64,000 nucleotides of DNA. It comes from Desulfobacterales bacterium. GTDB taxonomy: Bacteria; Desulfobacterota; Desulfobacteria; Desulfobacterales; JAAELO01. The position numbers were made by a program, and so were the translations under genes. A model generated the notes under the pieces. That model was not told where the DNA came from and did not search any database. It saw only the letters and a program-made list of their open reading frames with translations. Every line of letters starts with the position of its first letter. Position 1 is the stretch's first letter. The stretch spans positions 43,279-107,278 of the forward strand of contig JAAELO010000508.1 in assembly GCA_024226555.1 (NCBI GenBank), in the 5' to 3' direction. Positions 20,012 through 31,279 of this stretch are shown in pieces.

Positions 20012-20639
20012 GGATACTCCAGACTAAAATTAAAGTTGATGATGTTTTTCTACACAAAATCCATTTATATAATGAATAAAGAGAATTTGTACACGATTAT
20101 TAACAACAAAACTAAATCTTATTTTTCAGCAAAATTTATAAATTTTATAGGCAGGAATGTCAAGAAAATACTGTAAAATCAGGATTTGCCTGATTTTTCA
20201 AACCGTTGTCTGAAGTTCTTCATTTAATAATTATACAATGATTAAAGAATTTTCATTTTTTATGTCTTAATTTGAAAAACCTGTTTATTTTTTTTTTCAA
20301 ATGAATCAACTACAGATTAGCTTTTGTTTTAGGATCAAATATTAATTCAGATTGGACGCACACAAGGTAAAAACCCTTGAAAAAAGACAGTAGATCTCGG
20401 ATTTAGCATAAAACATTCAAGTAGTTTCTCGATTTTAATTAATCTTTACTATTAAGACAGTTATTTTTTTGAGCATTATTTTCTTCATAAAGGATCTTTT
20501 GATAAAATCGATTTCTTTATTATTCCTCTTAAATCTGGATGTTTCTCTTGAAAGGCTTCTTTTGATTTTTTAATACTATCTTTTATTGCATATTGCGTAT
20601 AATAGTCAGTTTCAGAATCAGTCATTATAATTGATCGAG

Positions 20640-21077
20640 TTAATGGGTAAAATAAAACTGAATTGCATTTATAGTTTTATTTTTTCTAACTTCCTTATAG
20701 TTACCAGCTTTAAGGTTTGTATAAATATCTCCTAAACAGTAAACCCTATTATTATCAAGAACTTTAAATTTGCAATTTCTAAGATTTCTTGTATCTGAAA
20801 AATTCAGACGGGAATCACATTCATTGAATTTAATGGACGCTATTCTATATTCACTTGGCAGTTTTGCTGAGAAAAAATTATTTTTAACAGGGACTCTAAT
20901 TTCAAACTCTGTTAATACATCTCTGATAGTTATCTTATAGCAAATTTTACTTTTAGGATTTTCAATAAATTTCCCAAAAACATGAGTTTTTTCAATTATT
21001 CTACTTGGACCTGGCTCAAATTTAGAACATCCGAAAGCTATAAAAACTATTACTAACAACACAATTTTTTTTAACAT
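20640..21077 (-). CDS. hypothetical lipoprotein
   Basis: Start moved to MLKKIVLLVIVFIAFGCSKF (lipobox FGC). The upstream 31 codons of the track ORF look non-coding. Confidence 0.5.
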   Translation of the reverse strand: MLKKIVLLVIVFIAFGCSKFEPGPSRIIEKTHVFGKFIENPKSKICYKITIRDVLTEFEIRVPVKNNFFSAKLPSEYRIASIKFNECDSRLNFSDTRNLRNCKFKVLDNNRVYCLGDIYTNLKAGNYKEVRKNKTINAIQFYFTH

Positions 21078-21200
21078 TGTATTTCTTATTGAAAAATAAA
21101 TTTGTTTTAAATATATGAAATATTTTATTTTTTTGCCAGGAAACTTGAATTGCTTTTTAGTTCCTGGCAAAAGTTAATTATTGAAAAGTTGATTTATACA

Positions 21201-21803
21201 CTAAAAATAGATTCCAAAATGAGCTCCAATACTATCACCACTGAATTTTCGACCATTAAACTCATAATCAATGTTTGTATATTTAAAACCAAGAAAAACT
21301 TCACAAATTTCTCTTTTACCTAAAAACCAGTCAATTTCAGATACTAGTCCAAATGTATCAGCAGCTGTTTCATTCAAAGAACTTGCAACACCAGTACCTT
21401 TAACCTTTGGGTCAAAATGATAGGTTCCCCCAAACCCAATTCTAAAGTTCTCAAATCTATAGAATTGTATAAGATCAACAGTATATCTTGACCATTTTAC
21501 AGTTCCATTTGTTGCTTCAGATTTATGCTCCTTAAATCCTGCAGTAATTTGAGTTTCAAAGTTTCTGTCACTAAAAGGTTTTACAAAAAAACCAACATTT
21601 AAATAATCTCCATCTCCACCATCAATATCTTCTGTTGTGCCATCAGAATATGTTAAACCAACTAACTGGTCCCCACCAGTTGCTATTCCTATTTGACCAA
21701 CAAGAAAAATACTATCCCCCTCTTTTGCATAAGCACTTCCTGAAATAACAATAGATAAAACAACTGCAATTAGATACTTTACCGGGTTTGAATAACTACA
21801 CAT
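21201..21803 (-). CDS. outer-membrane beta-barrel protein (OmpW/porin-like)
   Basis: Start moved to MCSYSNPVKYLIAVVLSIVISGSAYA (signal peptide). Alternating beta-strand pattern with C-terminal ..GAHFGIYF. Confidence 0.6.
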   Translation of the reverse strand: MCSYSNPVKYLIAVVLSIVISGSAYAKEGDSIFLVGQIGIATGGDQLVGLTYSDGTTEDIDGGDGDYLNVGFFVKPFSDRNFETQITAGFKEHKSEATNGTVKWSRYTVDLIQFYRFENFRIGFGGTYHFDPKVKGTGVASSLNETAADTFGLVSEIDWFLGKREICEVFLGFKYTNIDYEFNGRKFSGDSIGAHFGIYF

Positions 21804-22078
21804 CTTCCCACTCCCCTCTAAATAAATTAAATATAAACTTGGAACAAACAATTTTGTTCCATGGGAAAGAGTTATTTGCACTTGCTATGCCACAACCTTT
21901 CATTTTCATAAATATCTGTTTATACAAGAATTAACAATTCAACATTACATTTCAGCAACGCATTGAGAGATCCTCTTGTATACAATTAATGCCAGACTTA
22001 ATTTTTTAATCAGTTTTCGCGTTGTAAGCTATATTTAAGAAGTTTTGAAGACAAGGAGATCTTTGTATTCAAGAAAAG

Positions 22079-22108
22079 AAAACCACTCTCTTGAAAGAAA
22101 GTGGTTTT
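22079..22108 (-). terminator. rho-independent terminator after the FkbM methyltransferase gene
   Basis: 9-bp stem aaaaccact / agtggtttt with a U-rich tract following on the minus strand. Confidence 0.6.
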
Positions 22109-22130
22109 TACAAACTAAAAATATTGAACC

Positions 22131-22964
22131 CTAATGCTTCCATGGAATATCATTAGCGAACTTTTTATTTCTTGCATTAAAAATGCTCAAACGTTTTCCA
22201 AGGGATTTTTGTATATCAATATCAAACCACTCAGATAAATATGCTAATAATTCATAGTCTTTATGCCCATGTAATTCGCCTAGTATCCACTTAACGTTTG
22301 TGAGTATATTTTTATCCATGGATGTCAAAATATCATACTCTGCACCTTCGGTATCTATTTTTATTAAATCTACATTTGTGATCCCTGATTCTGACATAAA
22401 ATTTGAAGTATTTCTTATTTCAACCTTTTGTGATTTTGAATCATCAACTTCAAGCCCATACAATGAAAACCCTCCTACATTCTGATTGTTATCACAACTA
22501 TAAATATCCATTGTTCCATCTTCACTTCCCAACCCAACATTAAAAAAAGAAGCATTTTTTTTGGATTCCAGATTCATTTTCAACATTTCAAAATTTGTAG
22601 GAACTGGTTCAAAGGTATAAATCTTGGCGTCCGGAAACATGTGAGAAAAATAAACAGATGTACAACCAATATTCCCTCCAATATCCATGATTACCTTTGG
22701 CTCTACTTCCTTTGGTACCCAGTATTCATTTTTCCCTCCAATTCTGATAAAACGATGCGCTCCTGGATGCCTTGAGCGACTGATTAAAACTTCATAAATA
22801 GGTTCTGTATCCTGTACGTAAGTACGATAGTTAATAGTATGGCCCTTCCAATTATAAGTAGCCATTTTTTTTGATTTTTCACCTGGTCTGCTGTTTTTAA
22901 CAAACTCCCAGGATTTTGAACGTAACAACCTTTTAAATTCTCTAAAAGTCATGATATACTCCAA
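22131..22964 (-). CDS. FkbM family SAM-dependent methyltransferase
   Basis: DIGGNIGCTSVYF, FEPVPTNFEML, LIKIDTEGAEYDIL. Confidence 0.85.
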   Translation of the reverse strand: MEYIMTFREFKRLLRSKSWEFVKNSRPGEKSKKMATYNWKGHTINYRTYVQDTEPIYEVLISRSRHPGAHRFIRIGGKNEYWVPKEVEPKVIMDIGGNIGCTSVYFSHMFPDAKIYTFEPVPTNFEMLKMNLESKKNASFFNVGLGSEDGTMDIYSCDNNQNVGGFSLYGLEVDDSKSQKVEIRNTSNFMSESGITNVDLIKIDTEGAEYDILTSMDKNILTNVKWILGELHGHKDYELLAYLSEWFDIDIQKSLGKRLSIFNARNKKFANDIPWKH

Positions 22965-22970
22965 TCTATT

Positions 22971-24062
22971 TTACATTAAGTTACTAATAGTTTTCTTAAA
23001 TTCGTTAATAATTTCTTCAGGTGAAATTTCGGACACATTGTTCTCTGAATACAACCCCTTTGAGTTTTTTAATCCAGACATTCGCATTTCAGGAAAAACA
23101 CCTCCGGCAAAAAGACCAATCACAGGAGTCCCCATTGAATTCGTTAAGTGGAGTAAACCACCATCGGCACAAATCATTAATTTTGATCTTCTCAAGACTT
23201 CAGCTGTTTCAAAAATAGTTAATTTATCCGTAAGGTCAGTTACCGGGTATAAATTTGAAATTTCAAGGGCCGACTCTACTCCATTACGACTACCTACCAA
23301 AACAATATTTATTTTTGGATATTTCTTAATAATCAGTTCAACAATTTCTTTCCATTTATTATAGATCCTGAATGAATGTACCCCTCCAGTAGTAATAGTA
23401 ATAAATGATTTATTACATTCCTCAATAGCATCAACACTGTCGAATGTTTTTTCTGGAAGGGATAACATTAAGTTTGCATTTTCTGTTACCTCCTCATAGG
23501 AGACAGGAATATTGAGAAGAGTGTACATCCTACAGAAACTAAATAAAGTTCTGTTAAATTCACCTTCATCATAATATCTTCCCATTGAAACGTATTGGTT
23601 GTTTTTTAAATATTTACTTTTAAAGGCAATACTTTTTTTTTTAAAAATATCAATAATAATCAGATCATATCTTTTATCTACAAGTTCTTTCTCATTGGAA
23701 ATCAATCGATTAAAAAAATCATCATATCTGAACAAGGAACAAACATTTTCCTTAGAAAAAAGGTCCACTTTCCTGTCTTTGAGTAAAACGCGACTGGACA
23801 GATCCATCAAGGAATCACCAATCTGAGGCATATTCAAAGAAACCCATAATATTTTCTTATGTTCCGGTTTTATATATTCTAACTCAAGTTTTAGCTGCCC
23901 TTTAATAGCTACATTCATAAAACGCCTAATAAAACGCCTCAGCACTTTAAATTTTGATTTTTTCAAAATGTTATTCAAAGGTGTTGTTGGTATTGGATAT
24001 AAAGTTGGAGGTGTGCATAATTTTGTGATTAAGGAATTAATGTAACCCATATTAATCTCCAA
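22971..24062 (-). CDS. glycosyltransferase family 9 (heptosyltransferase-like)
   Basis: LMICADGGLLHLTNSMGTPVIGLFAG is the GT9 C-terminal signature. Confidence 0.8.
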   Translation of the reverse strand: MEINMGYINSLITKLCTPPTLYPIPTTPLNNILKKSKFKVLRRFIRRFMNVAIKGQLKLELEYIKPEHKKILWVSLNMPQIGDSLMDLSSRVLLKDRKVDLFSKENVCSLFRYDDFFNRLISNEKELVDKRYDLIIIDIFKKKSIAFKSKYLKNNQYVSMGRYYDEGEFNRTLFSFCRMYTLLNIPVSYEEVTENANLMLSLPEKTFDSVDAIEECNKSFITITTGGVHSFRIYNKWKEIVELIIKKYPKINIVLVGSRNGVESALEISNLYPVTDLTDKLTIFETAEVLRRSKLMICADGGLLHLTNSMGTPVIGLFAGGVFPEMRMSGLKNSKGLYSENNVSEISPEEIINEFKKTISNLM

Positions 24063-24190
24063 AGAATTTAAGAATCAAAAAATCTTTTATACATCCAAAT
24101 AATAGGATTATCAACTTTTTATATTTTATTATTTTTGACTATATGAAACTTAATATAATTTCAGCAAAAACAGGAAAGTTTATTGATGAA

Positions 24191-25927
24191 CTAACGATTT
24201 TTTTTAGGATTCTTTTGATTTTTCTTTCTGCTAAAAGAGTTTTCAGTGATAATATTTTTCTGCTTCTCTTTCCTTTTTATATCCCTTTCTACAAAGATAT
24301 TATTCCCAGACATGTCTTTTCCTGTGTAGTACATATGAGTGGAATATGTGGATGGTGTCGGAGTAAAGACCTGAACCTGCTCCGGGTTTATTTTTAGCTC
24401 TTTATTCATAAAATTTTTAAGGTTTGACATATCCTTTTCTCTACAACCAGGGTGTGCTGCTATAAGGTAATAAGTTAGAAACTGTTTCTTTCCTATATCT
24501 TTTGAATGTTTATCAAACATTTTCTTAAATTTGACTATTTCATCCTGATCAGGTTTACCCATCATTTTAAGAATATTTTTCTCAGTATGTTCCGGGGCAA
24601 TCTTCATCTGACCTGAAATATTATCTGATACTATCTTTTTCAGATATTTATCCCCGGATATTCCATCTTTCAGAATCAAATCATATCTTATACCTGATGC
24701 GATAAATACCCTTTTAACACCCTTTATTTTTTCCATTTTTTTTATTAAAGATATTTGCTTTGAATGATCCGGCTTAAGTGTTTTACATACTTCAGGAAAA
24801 AGGCACCTTTTATCTTTACAAACACCTTTTTCAAGCTTCTTTTTGCACTCAAAACCATACATGTTTGCAGTTGGACCGCCTGCATCCATAATATTGCCTT
24901 TGAAATCTTTTATAGCAGACAGATTTCTGGCTTCCTCTAAAATTGATTTTTCACTTCTATACCGTACCGTTCTGCCTTGATGTACTGATATTGCACAAAA
25001 ATTACACTCCCCATAACAACCTCTGTGTGTTGTTATGGAAAATTTAATTGTATCAAGGGCTCTGACATCTCCCATTTTTTTGTAATAGGGGTGCAGTTCC
25101 AACTCATACTTATATCCATAAATTTCATCGAGCTCAGTCTGTAATAAATATTCTGAAGGAGGATTTTGGATCAGATATCTTTTGTCATGTTTCTGGATAA
25201 GACCGCTTGCTGTTATAGGGTCACAATTTTCATAAAAGATGTTAAACATCTTTGTAAAAGAGCTTTTAGAACTATCAACTTCTTCAAAAGATGGAATGTT
25301 AACAAAATTATCAGTGATATTTTTTAGGTCTTTTGAAGTATAACAAATTCCATTAATATTTTTGTAATTTTCACCATCTCTAAGATTTTCAGCCAAATTA
25401 AGAACAGCTCTTTCACCCATTCCATAAATTAGAATATCTGCCTTTGCATCAAACAGAACAGACCTTCTAACTTTATTACTCCAGAAATCATAATGGGATA
25501 CCCTTCTAAGGCTTGCCTCAATACCTCCGAGCACAACAGGAACTGTGTTCTTAAAAAACCTTCTGATTAAACCTGTATAAACAATAAGAGATCTGTCCGG
25601 TCTTTTATCGTTTATTCCTCCTGGTGTGTAATCATCTCTTTTTCTTCTTTTTTTGGTTGCGGTATAGTTTGCAACCATTGAATCTACTGAGCCTGATGTC
25701 ACTCCCCAAAAAAGAAGTGGTTCACCAAGCCTGATTATATCTTTTTCTGAATTTATATCGGGTTGAGCAATCACACCAACCCTGAAGCCTTTTTCAACCA
25801 GATGCTTTCCAATTACAGATATTCCTATAAAAGGGCTATCTATATAACTGTCACCGGATACAAGAATAACATCAAGGTTTTTCCAACCCAGTTTATCCAT
25901 CTCTTTTATTGTTGTAGGAAGAAACAT
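24191..25927 (-). CDS. ygiQ: YgiQ family radical SAM protein (UPF0313)
   Basis: MFLPTTIKEMDKLGWKNLDVILVSGDSYIDSPF N-terminus; radical SAM cluster CYGECNFC. Confidence 0.9.
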   Translation of the reverse strand: MFLPTTIKEMDKLGWKNLDVILVSGDSYIDSPFIGISVIGKHLVEKGFRVGVIAQPDINSEKDIIRLGEPLLFWGVTSGSVDSMVANYTATKKRRKRDDYTPGGINDKRPDRSLIVYTGLIRRFFKNTVPVVLGGIEASLRRVSHYDFWSNKVRRSVLFDAKADILIYGMGERAVLNLAENLRDGENYKNINGICYTSKDLKNITDNFVNIPSFEEVDSSKSSFTKMFNIFYENCDPITASGLIQKHDKRYLIQNPPSEYLLQTELDEIYGYKYELELHPYYKKMGDVRALDTIKFSITTHRGCYGECNFCAISVHQGRTVRYRSEKSILEEARNLSAIKDFKGNIMDAGGPTANMYGFECKKKLEKGVCKDKRCLFPEVCKTLKPDHSKQISLIKKMEKIKGVKRVFIASGIRYDLILKDGISGDKYLKKIVSDNISGQMKIAPEHTEKNILKMMGKPDQDEIVKFKKMFDKHSKDIGKKQFLTYYLIAAHPGCREKDMSNLKNFMNKELKINPEQVQVFTPTPSTYSTHMYYTGKDMSGNNIFVERDIKRKEKQKNIITENSFSRKKNQKNPKKNR

Positions 25928-25937
25928 TTGGATTCAA

Positions 25938-27104
25938 TCAGGATGAATAGTAAGCAGCATTTTCTTCAACATAACCCTGGGTAAGATCGCACCCATAAGC
26001 TTTTGCAGAACCACTACCTACATTTAAATTTATAGTTATGGAGACTTTGTTACCACTAATGGATTTACGAAGATTATCTTCATCAAAATCAGCTTTATTA
26101 CTATCCTGATACACAATAGTACCGTTAATAACAGCTTCCATTTTTTCAGGAATAATATGACACTCATTGCATTTACCAAGAGCCATTAAGATTCTTCCGA
26201 TGTTGGGATCTGCTCCGTATGCCATAGTTTTTATTAAAGGAGAATTTATCAGGGATTTTGATAGTATTCTTGCTTCAGATTCATTCTTTGCCCCATTAAC
26301 CTCAGCAGTTAATAGCTTTGAAGCTCCTTCTCCATCTCTTGCAAGCATCTCAGTCATCTTAATGCAGGCAAATTTCAAAGCATCAAAAAATGTATTTTTA
26401 TCAATATCACCACTTAGACCATTTGCAAGTATCAGACATGTATCAGATGTGCTGGTATCAGTATCAACTGAAAGCATATTAAATGAATCTTTAACAGCAT
26501 CCTTAAGCATTTTTGAAAGATCAGCTTTATCAATTTTAGCATCGGTCAAGATATAAACAAGCATTGTTGCCATATCAGGTTCTATCATACCAGAACCTTT
26601 TCCTATAATAGTAATTACAGCATCATTAACCTTTATAGATATAGCTTTAGGATAAGTATCAGTTGTCATTATTCCCTCAGCTGCAACAACTGGATTTTTT
26701 GACATCACTTCTGACAGACCTTTTATTCCATTTTCAATAAGATCTATCTTAAGTTGCATCGCTATAACACCTGTGGAGCTCATAATCACATCTTCAACCG
26801 GGATATCAAATTCCAATGCCACAGCTTTTGCCGTTCTTTTAGCGTTTTCTATTCCTAAATCACCGGTTCCCACATTACTAATCTTACTATTTGCAACAAT
26901 TGCTCTTAACTCACCTTTTTCAATTATTTTTCTACCTAAAACAACAGGTACTCCCGGGAAAAGGTTTTTGGTAAAAACCCCAGCTGCATTGGCTTTTTCT
27001 TTGGTAACAATAACGGAGAGGTCTTTTCCTTCATCCTTCAATCCACAATTTACACTTGCACATTCAAAGCCATCTGGCATTATTGGTCTTTCTAATATTT
27101 TCAT
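25938..27104 (-). CDS. argJ: bifunctional ornithine acetyltransferase / N-acetylglutamate synthase
   Basis: GFECASVNCGLK, GMIEPDMATMLVY (autoprocessing ATML site), C-terminus NAAYYSS. Confidence 0.92.
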   Translation of the reverse strand: MKILERPIMPDGFECASVNCGLKDEGKDLSVIVTKEKANAAGVFTKNLFPGVPVVLGRKIIEKGELRAIVANSKISNVGTGDLGIENAKRTAKAVALEFDIPVEDVIMSSTGVIAMQLKIDLIENGIKGLSEVMSKNPVVAAEGIMTTDTYPKAISIKVNDAVITIIGKGSGMIEPDMATMLVYILTDAKIDKADLSKMLKDAVKDSFNMLSVDTDTSTSDTCLILANGLSGDIDKNTFFDALKFACIKMTEMLARDGEGASKLLTAEVNGAKNESEARILSKSLINSPLIKTMAYGADPNIGRILMALGKCNECHIIPEKMEAVINGTIVYQDSNKADFDEDNLRKSISGNKVSITINLNVGSGSAKAYGCDLTQGYVEENAAYYSS

Positions 27105-27150
27105 TATGATTCTATTCCTGGATTTCTTTCTTTATTAAATAACGTTTTAC

Positions 27151-27534
27151 CTAACCAAATATATCTATAGAGTCCTCAATATCTGAAACAATATCCTCAA
27201 TATCAATGCTTTCAAGTCCTAATAATTTCTTTAATCTGTCAACAAAGGTTATCTCTTCATCAGTTACTACACCATCTGCTTTTACAACAGAACCTGATAG
27301 TAACAAAATGTGCATCTTCTGTTCATGGGAGAATTGCTGGTAATCTATACTTTTGATATCTTCAAAAATAACCGGTTTGGTTTTCCATCTCTCAGCAACA
27401 CGTATTTCCTCTTCATTAAATTCAAGAGAAAGAATAACTTCAGAAAGAAGATCCTGCTCCTCTTTCTGTAGTTCGCTATCTGCCCATGCAATGGCAAATA
27501 AAATCTTTATATAATCAAGGTTTAACCCTTTCAT
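27151..27534 (-). CDS. TerB-like (tellurite-resistance TerB family) domain protein
   Basis: Two ADG/E-rich helical repeats: FAIAWADSELQKEEQDLL and VVKADGVVTDEEITFVDRL. Confidence 0.5.
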   Translation of the reverse strand: MKGLNLDYIKILFAIAWADSELQKEEQDLLSEVILSLEFNEEEIRVAERWKTKPVIFEDIKSIDYQQFSHEQKMHILLLSGSVVKADGVVTDEEITFVDRLKKLLGLESIDIEDIVSDIEDSIDIFG

Positions 27535-27540
27535 TTCAAA

Positions 27541-28194
27541 TCACTCCTTAATATAGTATATTTCCCGACCATCAAATGAATAATATTTCAAAGCATTTTG
27601 TTTAAATGACTTCATTGTGACAAGATTGAAACTTCCACCAACTATAGCTCCTACCCCAAAGGGGGCTAAAGTACCTATTGCCACCCCACCCCGTCTTTTA
27701 ATCATAGAGGATCCAACTTTTTGGTTGATCCTGTTAAAAATTTTAGGTGGTACTGCCTGTTCCTGATTAATAACAACCTTATCCCCGGTTTGTCCAATAG
27801 ATTCTTCCCCAATAACTAAAATACCACTCCACAAACCTAAGACCTGAATAAAATCTTTATTAAATTTCTTATAAACATCCCTTTTATACATAAGAGAAAT
27901 ACCTGCAACCATTGAACCCATCCAACGTATCATCATTGCAAGATTGCCTGACAGAGTACATCCCTCTGTTGCTATCATTGCAGCTGTGCCTATTCCGGGA
28001 AGAACACCTGGAAGAGTAGTTATTGCTCCTAAAGAAGCAAATTTCCAACAGATTCTGTCTGCATAGCTTCTGGCAAGCTCATCCCTTCCCACACCAAAAT
28101 TTTTCTGTTCATAAACTTTAATATCCTTTTCAATCTTATCATATGATGGTGTTAAGGTCGTTGTCAGTTTTATAAGTAATGAACTTACATCCAT
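27541..28194 (-). CDS. EcsC-like family protein
   Basis: 217 aa; the glycine-rich hydrophobic core LGAITTLPGVLPGIGTAAMIATEG resembles EcsC. From memory only. Confidence 0.4.
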   Translation of the reverse strand: MDVSSLLIKLTTTLTPSYDKIEKDIKVYEQKNFGVGRDELARSYADRICWKFASLGAITTLPGVLPGIGTAAMIATEGCTLSGNLAMMIRWMGSMVAGISLMYKRDVYKKFNKDFIQVLGLWSGILVIGEESIGQTGDKVVINQEQAVPPKIFNRINQKVGSSMIKRRGGVAIGTLAPFGVGAIVGGSFNLVTMKSFKQNALKYYSFDGREIYYIKE

Positions 28195-28745
28195 TTTTTT
28201 ATATCTCTCCGGTTCAATGAACTATAATATTTGGAGACTCCGAAAGGAATTTAGCAAATGATCTATTATTTTGACAGACCTTTAGTTTTTTTTAAAGGTT
28301 TAAATAAATATTTTTAATGTATATTGAACTATTTCAAAACCATACAAAATATTAAATGATTATTTATTGAATGATAAACCTGTTGAAAAACACAAAAAAA
28401 TTTATCTATAAAACATTGTGTACGAAAAACCCTGAAACTAATAATTTTCCAAGGTGCTGTTTTATGATATCTGTTTTAATCGAAATATTTTGGGAAAGTT
28501 TGTTAAACTGTTAGAGATTTCAAATTTTATAAACCTATTTCTGATAATAAATAATGAACAATTCATCAAACAACACCCTTAATTTACCATTTTCGCTTTA
28601 TTTATTGATATATTTTTGTAAAATTCCGATTTTTTCAAAAATATTTATAAAAATTTCTATTGAAAATAAGATTTCTTAATTATAGGATATATTGTTTTGG
28701 TTTTAATATTAATTTGAATAATTTATAATAATAGAATAAAAAAAA

Positions 28746-29414
28746 ATGAATTTATCTTTATCTGAACTTGCAAAAAAATTAAATCTTCCAGAAAGTACTG
28801 TGGAAAGATGGATTAAACAAGGTAGAATGCCTGTTCACAAAGAGAGTGGGAAATGTATCTTTAACAAATCATCTCTGATAAAATGGGCCTCAAAACATAA
28901 TCTTAAGTTTATGATCTTTGAAGAGAATAACAAAATTGGAGATGATAAAAAGGAATTAACCTTTTTATCATCCATGGAAAATGGTGAAGTCTTCTACGAT
29001 GTAAAAGGTGAAGATATATATGGTGTTCTTGAAAATGCTGTGAATAAAATCAGTTCGTTTGATGAAAATCAGAAAAAAGATCTATTAGCTAAATTGATAG
29101 AGAGGGAAAACCTCACTTCAACAGGTATTGGTAATGGAATTGCAATTCCTCACCCGAGAGTCCCTGTTGAAAATTTTTCCGAATCTGCCGTTATTACTTG
29201 CTTCATTGATGGAACAGTTGATTTTAATGCCATTGATGGAAAACCTGTCTTCATACTTTTTATTCTTCTTAGTCCATCTACAAAAGAGCACCTTAGTTTA
29301 TTGTCCAAACTCGCATTTTGCATGAGAGATATATCCTTTGTTGAGTTTTTAAAGTCAAAACCCTCAAAGGACTCTTTAATTGAAAAAGTGTCTGAATTTG
29401 AGAATAAAAGTTAA
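28746..29414 (+). CDS. fusion of an excisionase/MerR-type HTH with a PTS EIIA(Ntr)-type domain
   Basis: N-terminus LSELAKKLNLPESTVERWIKQGRMPV (HTH). EIIA type-2 motif TGIGNGIAIPHPR with the phosphorylatable His. Confidence 0.75.
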   Translation: MNLSLSELAKKLNLPESTVERWIKQGRMPVHKESGKCIFNKSSLIKWASKHNLKFMIFEENNKIGDDKKELTFLSSMENGEVFYDVKGEDIYGVLENAVNKISSFDENQKKDLLAKLIERENLTSTGIGNGIAIPHPRVPVENFSESAVITCFIDGTVDFNAIDGKPVFILFILLSPSTKEHLSLLSKLAFCMRDISFVEFLKSKPSKDSLIEKVSEFENKS

Positions 29415-29438
29415 CAATAAAACATGAGCAATTATTAA

Positions 29439-31157
29439 ATGAGAAAGCTATTTTCACTACGCTCTCCATCCAGATGGTTTTTTTTTAGAGCTGATGACAG
29501 ACTTCTGCTTATATTAATGGGCATTATTGTTGGTATCTGCAGTGGCCTTGCAGCCCTGGCACTTAGTTATTCACTTGAAACTCTTCTTGAGTTTTTTCAC
29601 CACTATAGTCAACACTGGTGGGTCTTTATTCTGCCTGCAATCGGTGCAGCTCTATCCTCATTTTTTTTAAACTATGTTTTAAAAGAGGGAGCAGGTCATG
29701 GTGTTCCTGAAGTTATATACAGTGTTTCCAGATACGGAGGGCTTATAAGATTAAGATCCAGTTTTTCCAGACTTGTATCAAGCTGTTTAACTATAGGCTT
29801 TGGTGGATCAGCAGGGCCTGAAGCGCCTGTTGTAATGAGTGGCGCGGCCATAGGGTCAAATATTGCCAATTTCTTCTACCTCAATGACCGCCAAAGAGTA
29901 ACTCTTGTTGGTTGTGGTGCAGCTGGTGCTATCGCTGCTATTTTCAATGCTCCAATAGCTGGCATGATTTTTACAATGGAAGTGATATTAGGTGAATGGT
30001 CGATGGTAAATATCATCCCCATTGCTATAGCATCTGTTGCTGGAGCAGAAACCAGCAGACTTCTGGTGGGAAATTATATAAAGTTTTCACACCTTACACT
30101 CAACACTAATTTTATTGATATGGTTGCATGTTTTGGACTTGCTGCTGTTACTGCAATAGTTTCAATCTTAATGACACGTATGTTAAGGAATATGCACCAT
30201 GTATCTGAAAAGGTCAAAACCAAACCATGGATAAGAGCTGCAATGGGCGGGTGTCTTGTCGGGCTTTTGGGTTTTCAGGTTCCTGAAGTTCTTGGAGAGG
30301 GATATCATGCAATAGAAGCAATGGTTCAGGGGACTTTTAAAGCTGGATTACTGGTAGTTGCAGTGGCTGCATTTGCTAAAATTTTAGCAACTTCCTTAAC
30401 ACTAGGTTGGGGTGGTTCTGGAGGGATATTTGCGCCATGTCTTGTAATAGGAAGTTTTACAGGATTAGCCTTTCACAGACTTTTGGTTATAGTTTTCCCG
30501 GAAATAGCATGGGTTAATGAAGGTTGTTTTGCACTTCTTGGCATGGCAGGCATGATAAGCGGCATTCTACAAGCACCTCTTACCGGTATCTTTCTAATAG
30601 TCGAAATTACAGGTAGTTCCGAAGTGATGCTACCTTTGATAGCTGTATCATCAATATCCACTACTTTATGCCACTATTTTGAACCAGCATCATTCTACGT
30701 TAAAGACTTAGTGGAAAAAGGACAACTATTAAGACCTGGTACAGACGAAAGAGTTCTTACAGATCTTTCAGTTGCTGAACTGCTTGAATTTGATTGTGTT
30801 GTCATTAAAAAGAATATGATGTTCAGGGAGTTTATTGAAGTTGTGAAATCTTCAAAAAGGAATTATTATCCTGTTGAAAATGAGGATGGTAGTTTCGCTG
30901 GAATTGTTTATTTTGATGAAATAAGACCATATCTTTTTGACACACTGATGTATGATGCAATAATCATAGAACAAATAGTTGATGACAAAGTCCGGGTTGT
31001 TAATTATACAGATGACTTGTCTGAAGTTTTAAAAACAATGGATAATAATGGACTTTACAGCATGCCTGTTGTATCAAATAATAGATTTGCAGGTATGATT
31101 TCAAAGGCCACGATTTTAGACCATTATAGAAAGGAACTGAAAGTTCAAACTACTTAA
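29439..31157 (+). CDS. ClC family chloride channel / H+-Cl- exchanger with a C-terminal CBS pair
   Basis: GAGHGVPEV, GGSAGPEAP, GGIFAP and GILQAPLTGIFLIVEITG motifs, with CBS domains in the last ~130 aa. Confidence 0.88.
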   Translation: MRKLFSLRSPSRWFFFRADDRLLLILMGIIVGICSGLAALALSYSLETLLEFFHHYSQHWWVFILPAIGAALSSFFLNYVLKEGAGHGVPEVIYSVSRYGGLIRLRSSFSRLVSSCLTIGFGGSAGPEAPVVMSGAAIGSNIANFFYLNDRQRVTLVGCGAAGAIAAIFNAPIAGMIFTMEVILGEWSMVNIIPIAIASVAGAETSRLLVGNYIKFSHLTLNTNFIDMVACFGLAAVTAIVSILMTRMLRNMHHVSEKVKTKPWIRAAMGGCLVGLLGFQVPEVLGEGYHAIEAMVQGTFKAGLLVVAVAAFAKILATSLTLGWGGSGGIFAPCLVIGSFTGLAFHRLLVIVFPEIAWVNEGCFALLGMAGMISGILQAPLTGIFLIVEITGSSEVMLPLIAVSSISTTLCHYFEPASFYVKDLVEKGQLLRPGTDERVLTDLSVAELLEFDCVVIKKNMMFREFIEVVKSSKRNYYPVENEDGSFAGIVYFDEIRPYLFDTLMYDAIIIEQIVDDKVRVVNYTDDLSEVLKTMDNNGLYSMPVVSNNRFAGMISKATILDHYRKELKVQTT

Positions 31158-31279
31158 GGCAACCTTTTTAGAATTTGAAGCTTGCTCAAAAAGCAGCAAT
31201 TAGGTTACCTTAGAATTGAACTTTCTAAATTTTTTAGGAGAATTAGCTCCTATAATTTTTTTTACTAAGGGGGTTTTAT

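Noticed and set aside
20489-20624. Roughly 45-aa minus-strand ORF (MTDSETDYYTQYAIKDSIKKSKEAFQEKHPDLRG...) downstream of the lipoprotein gene
   Set aside because: No Shine-Dalgarno sequence and no recognisable family.
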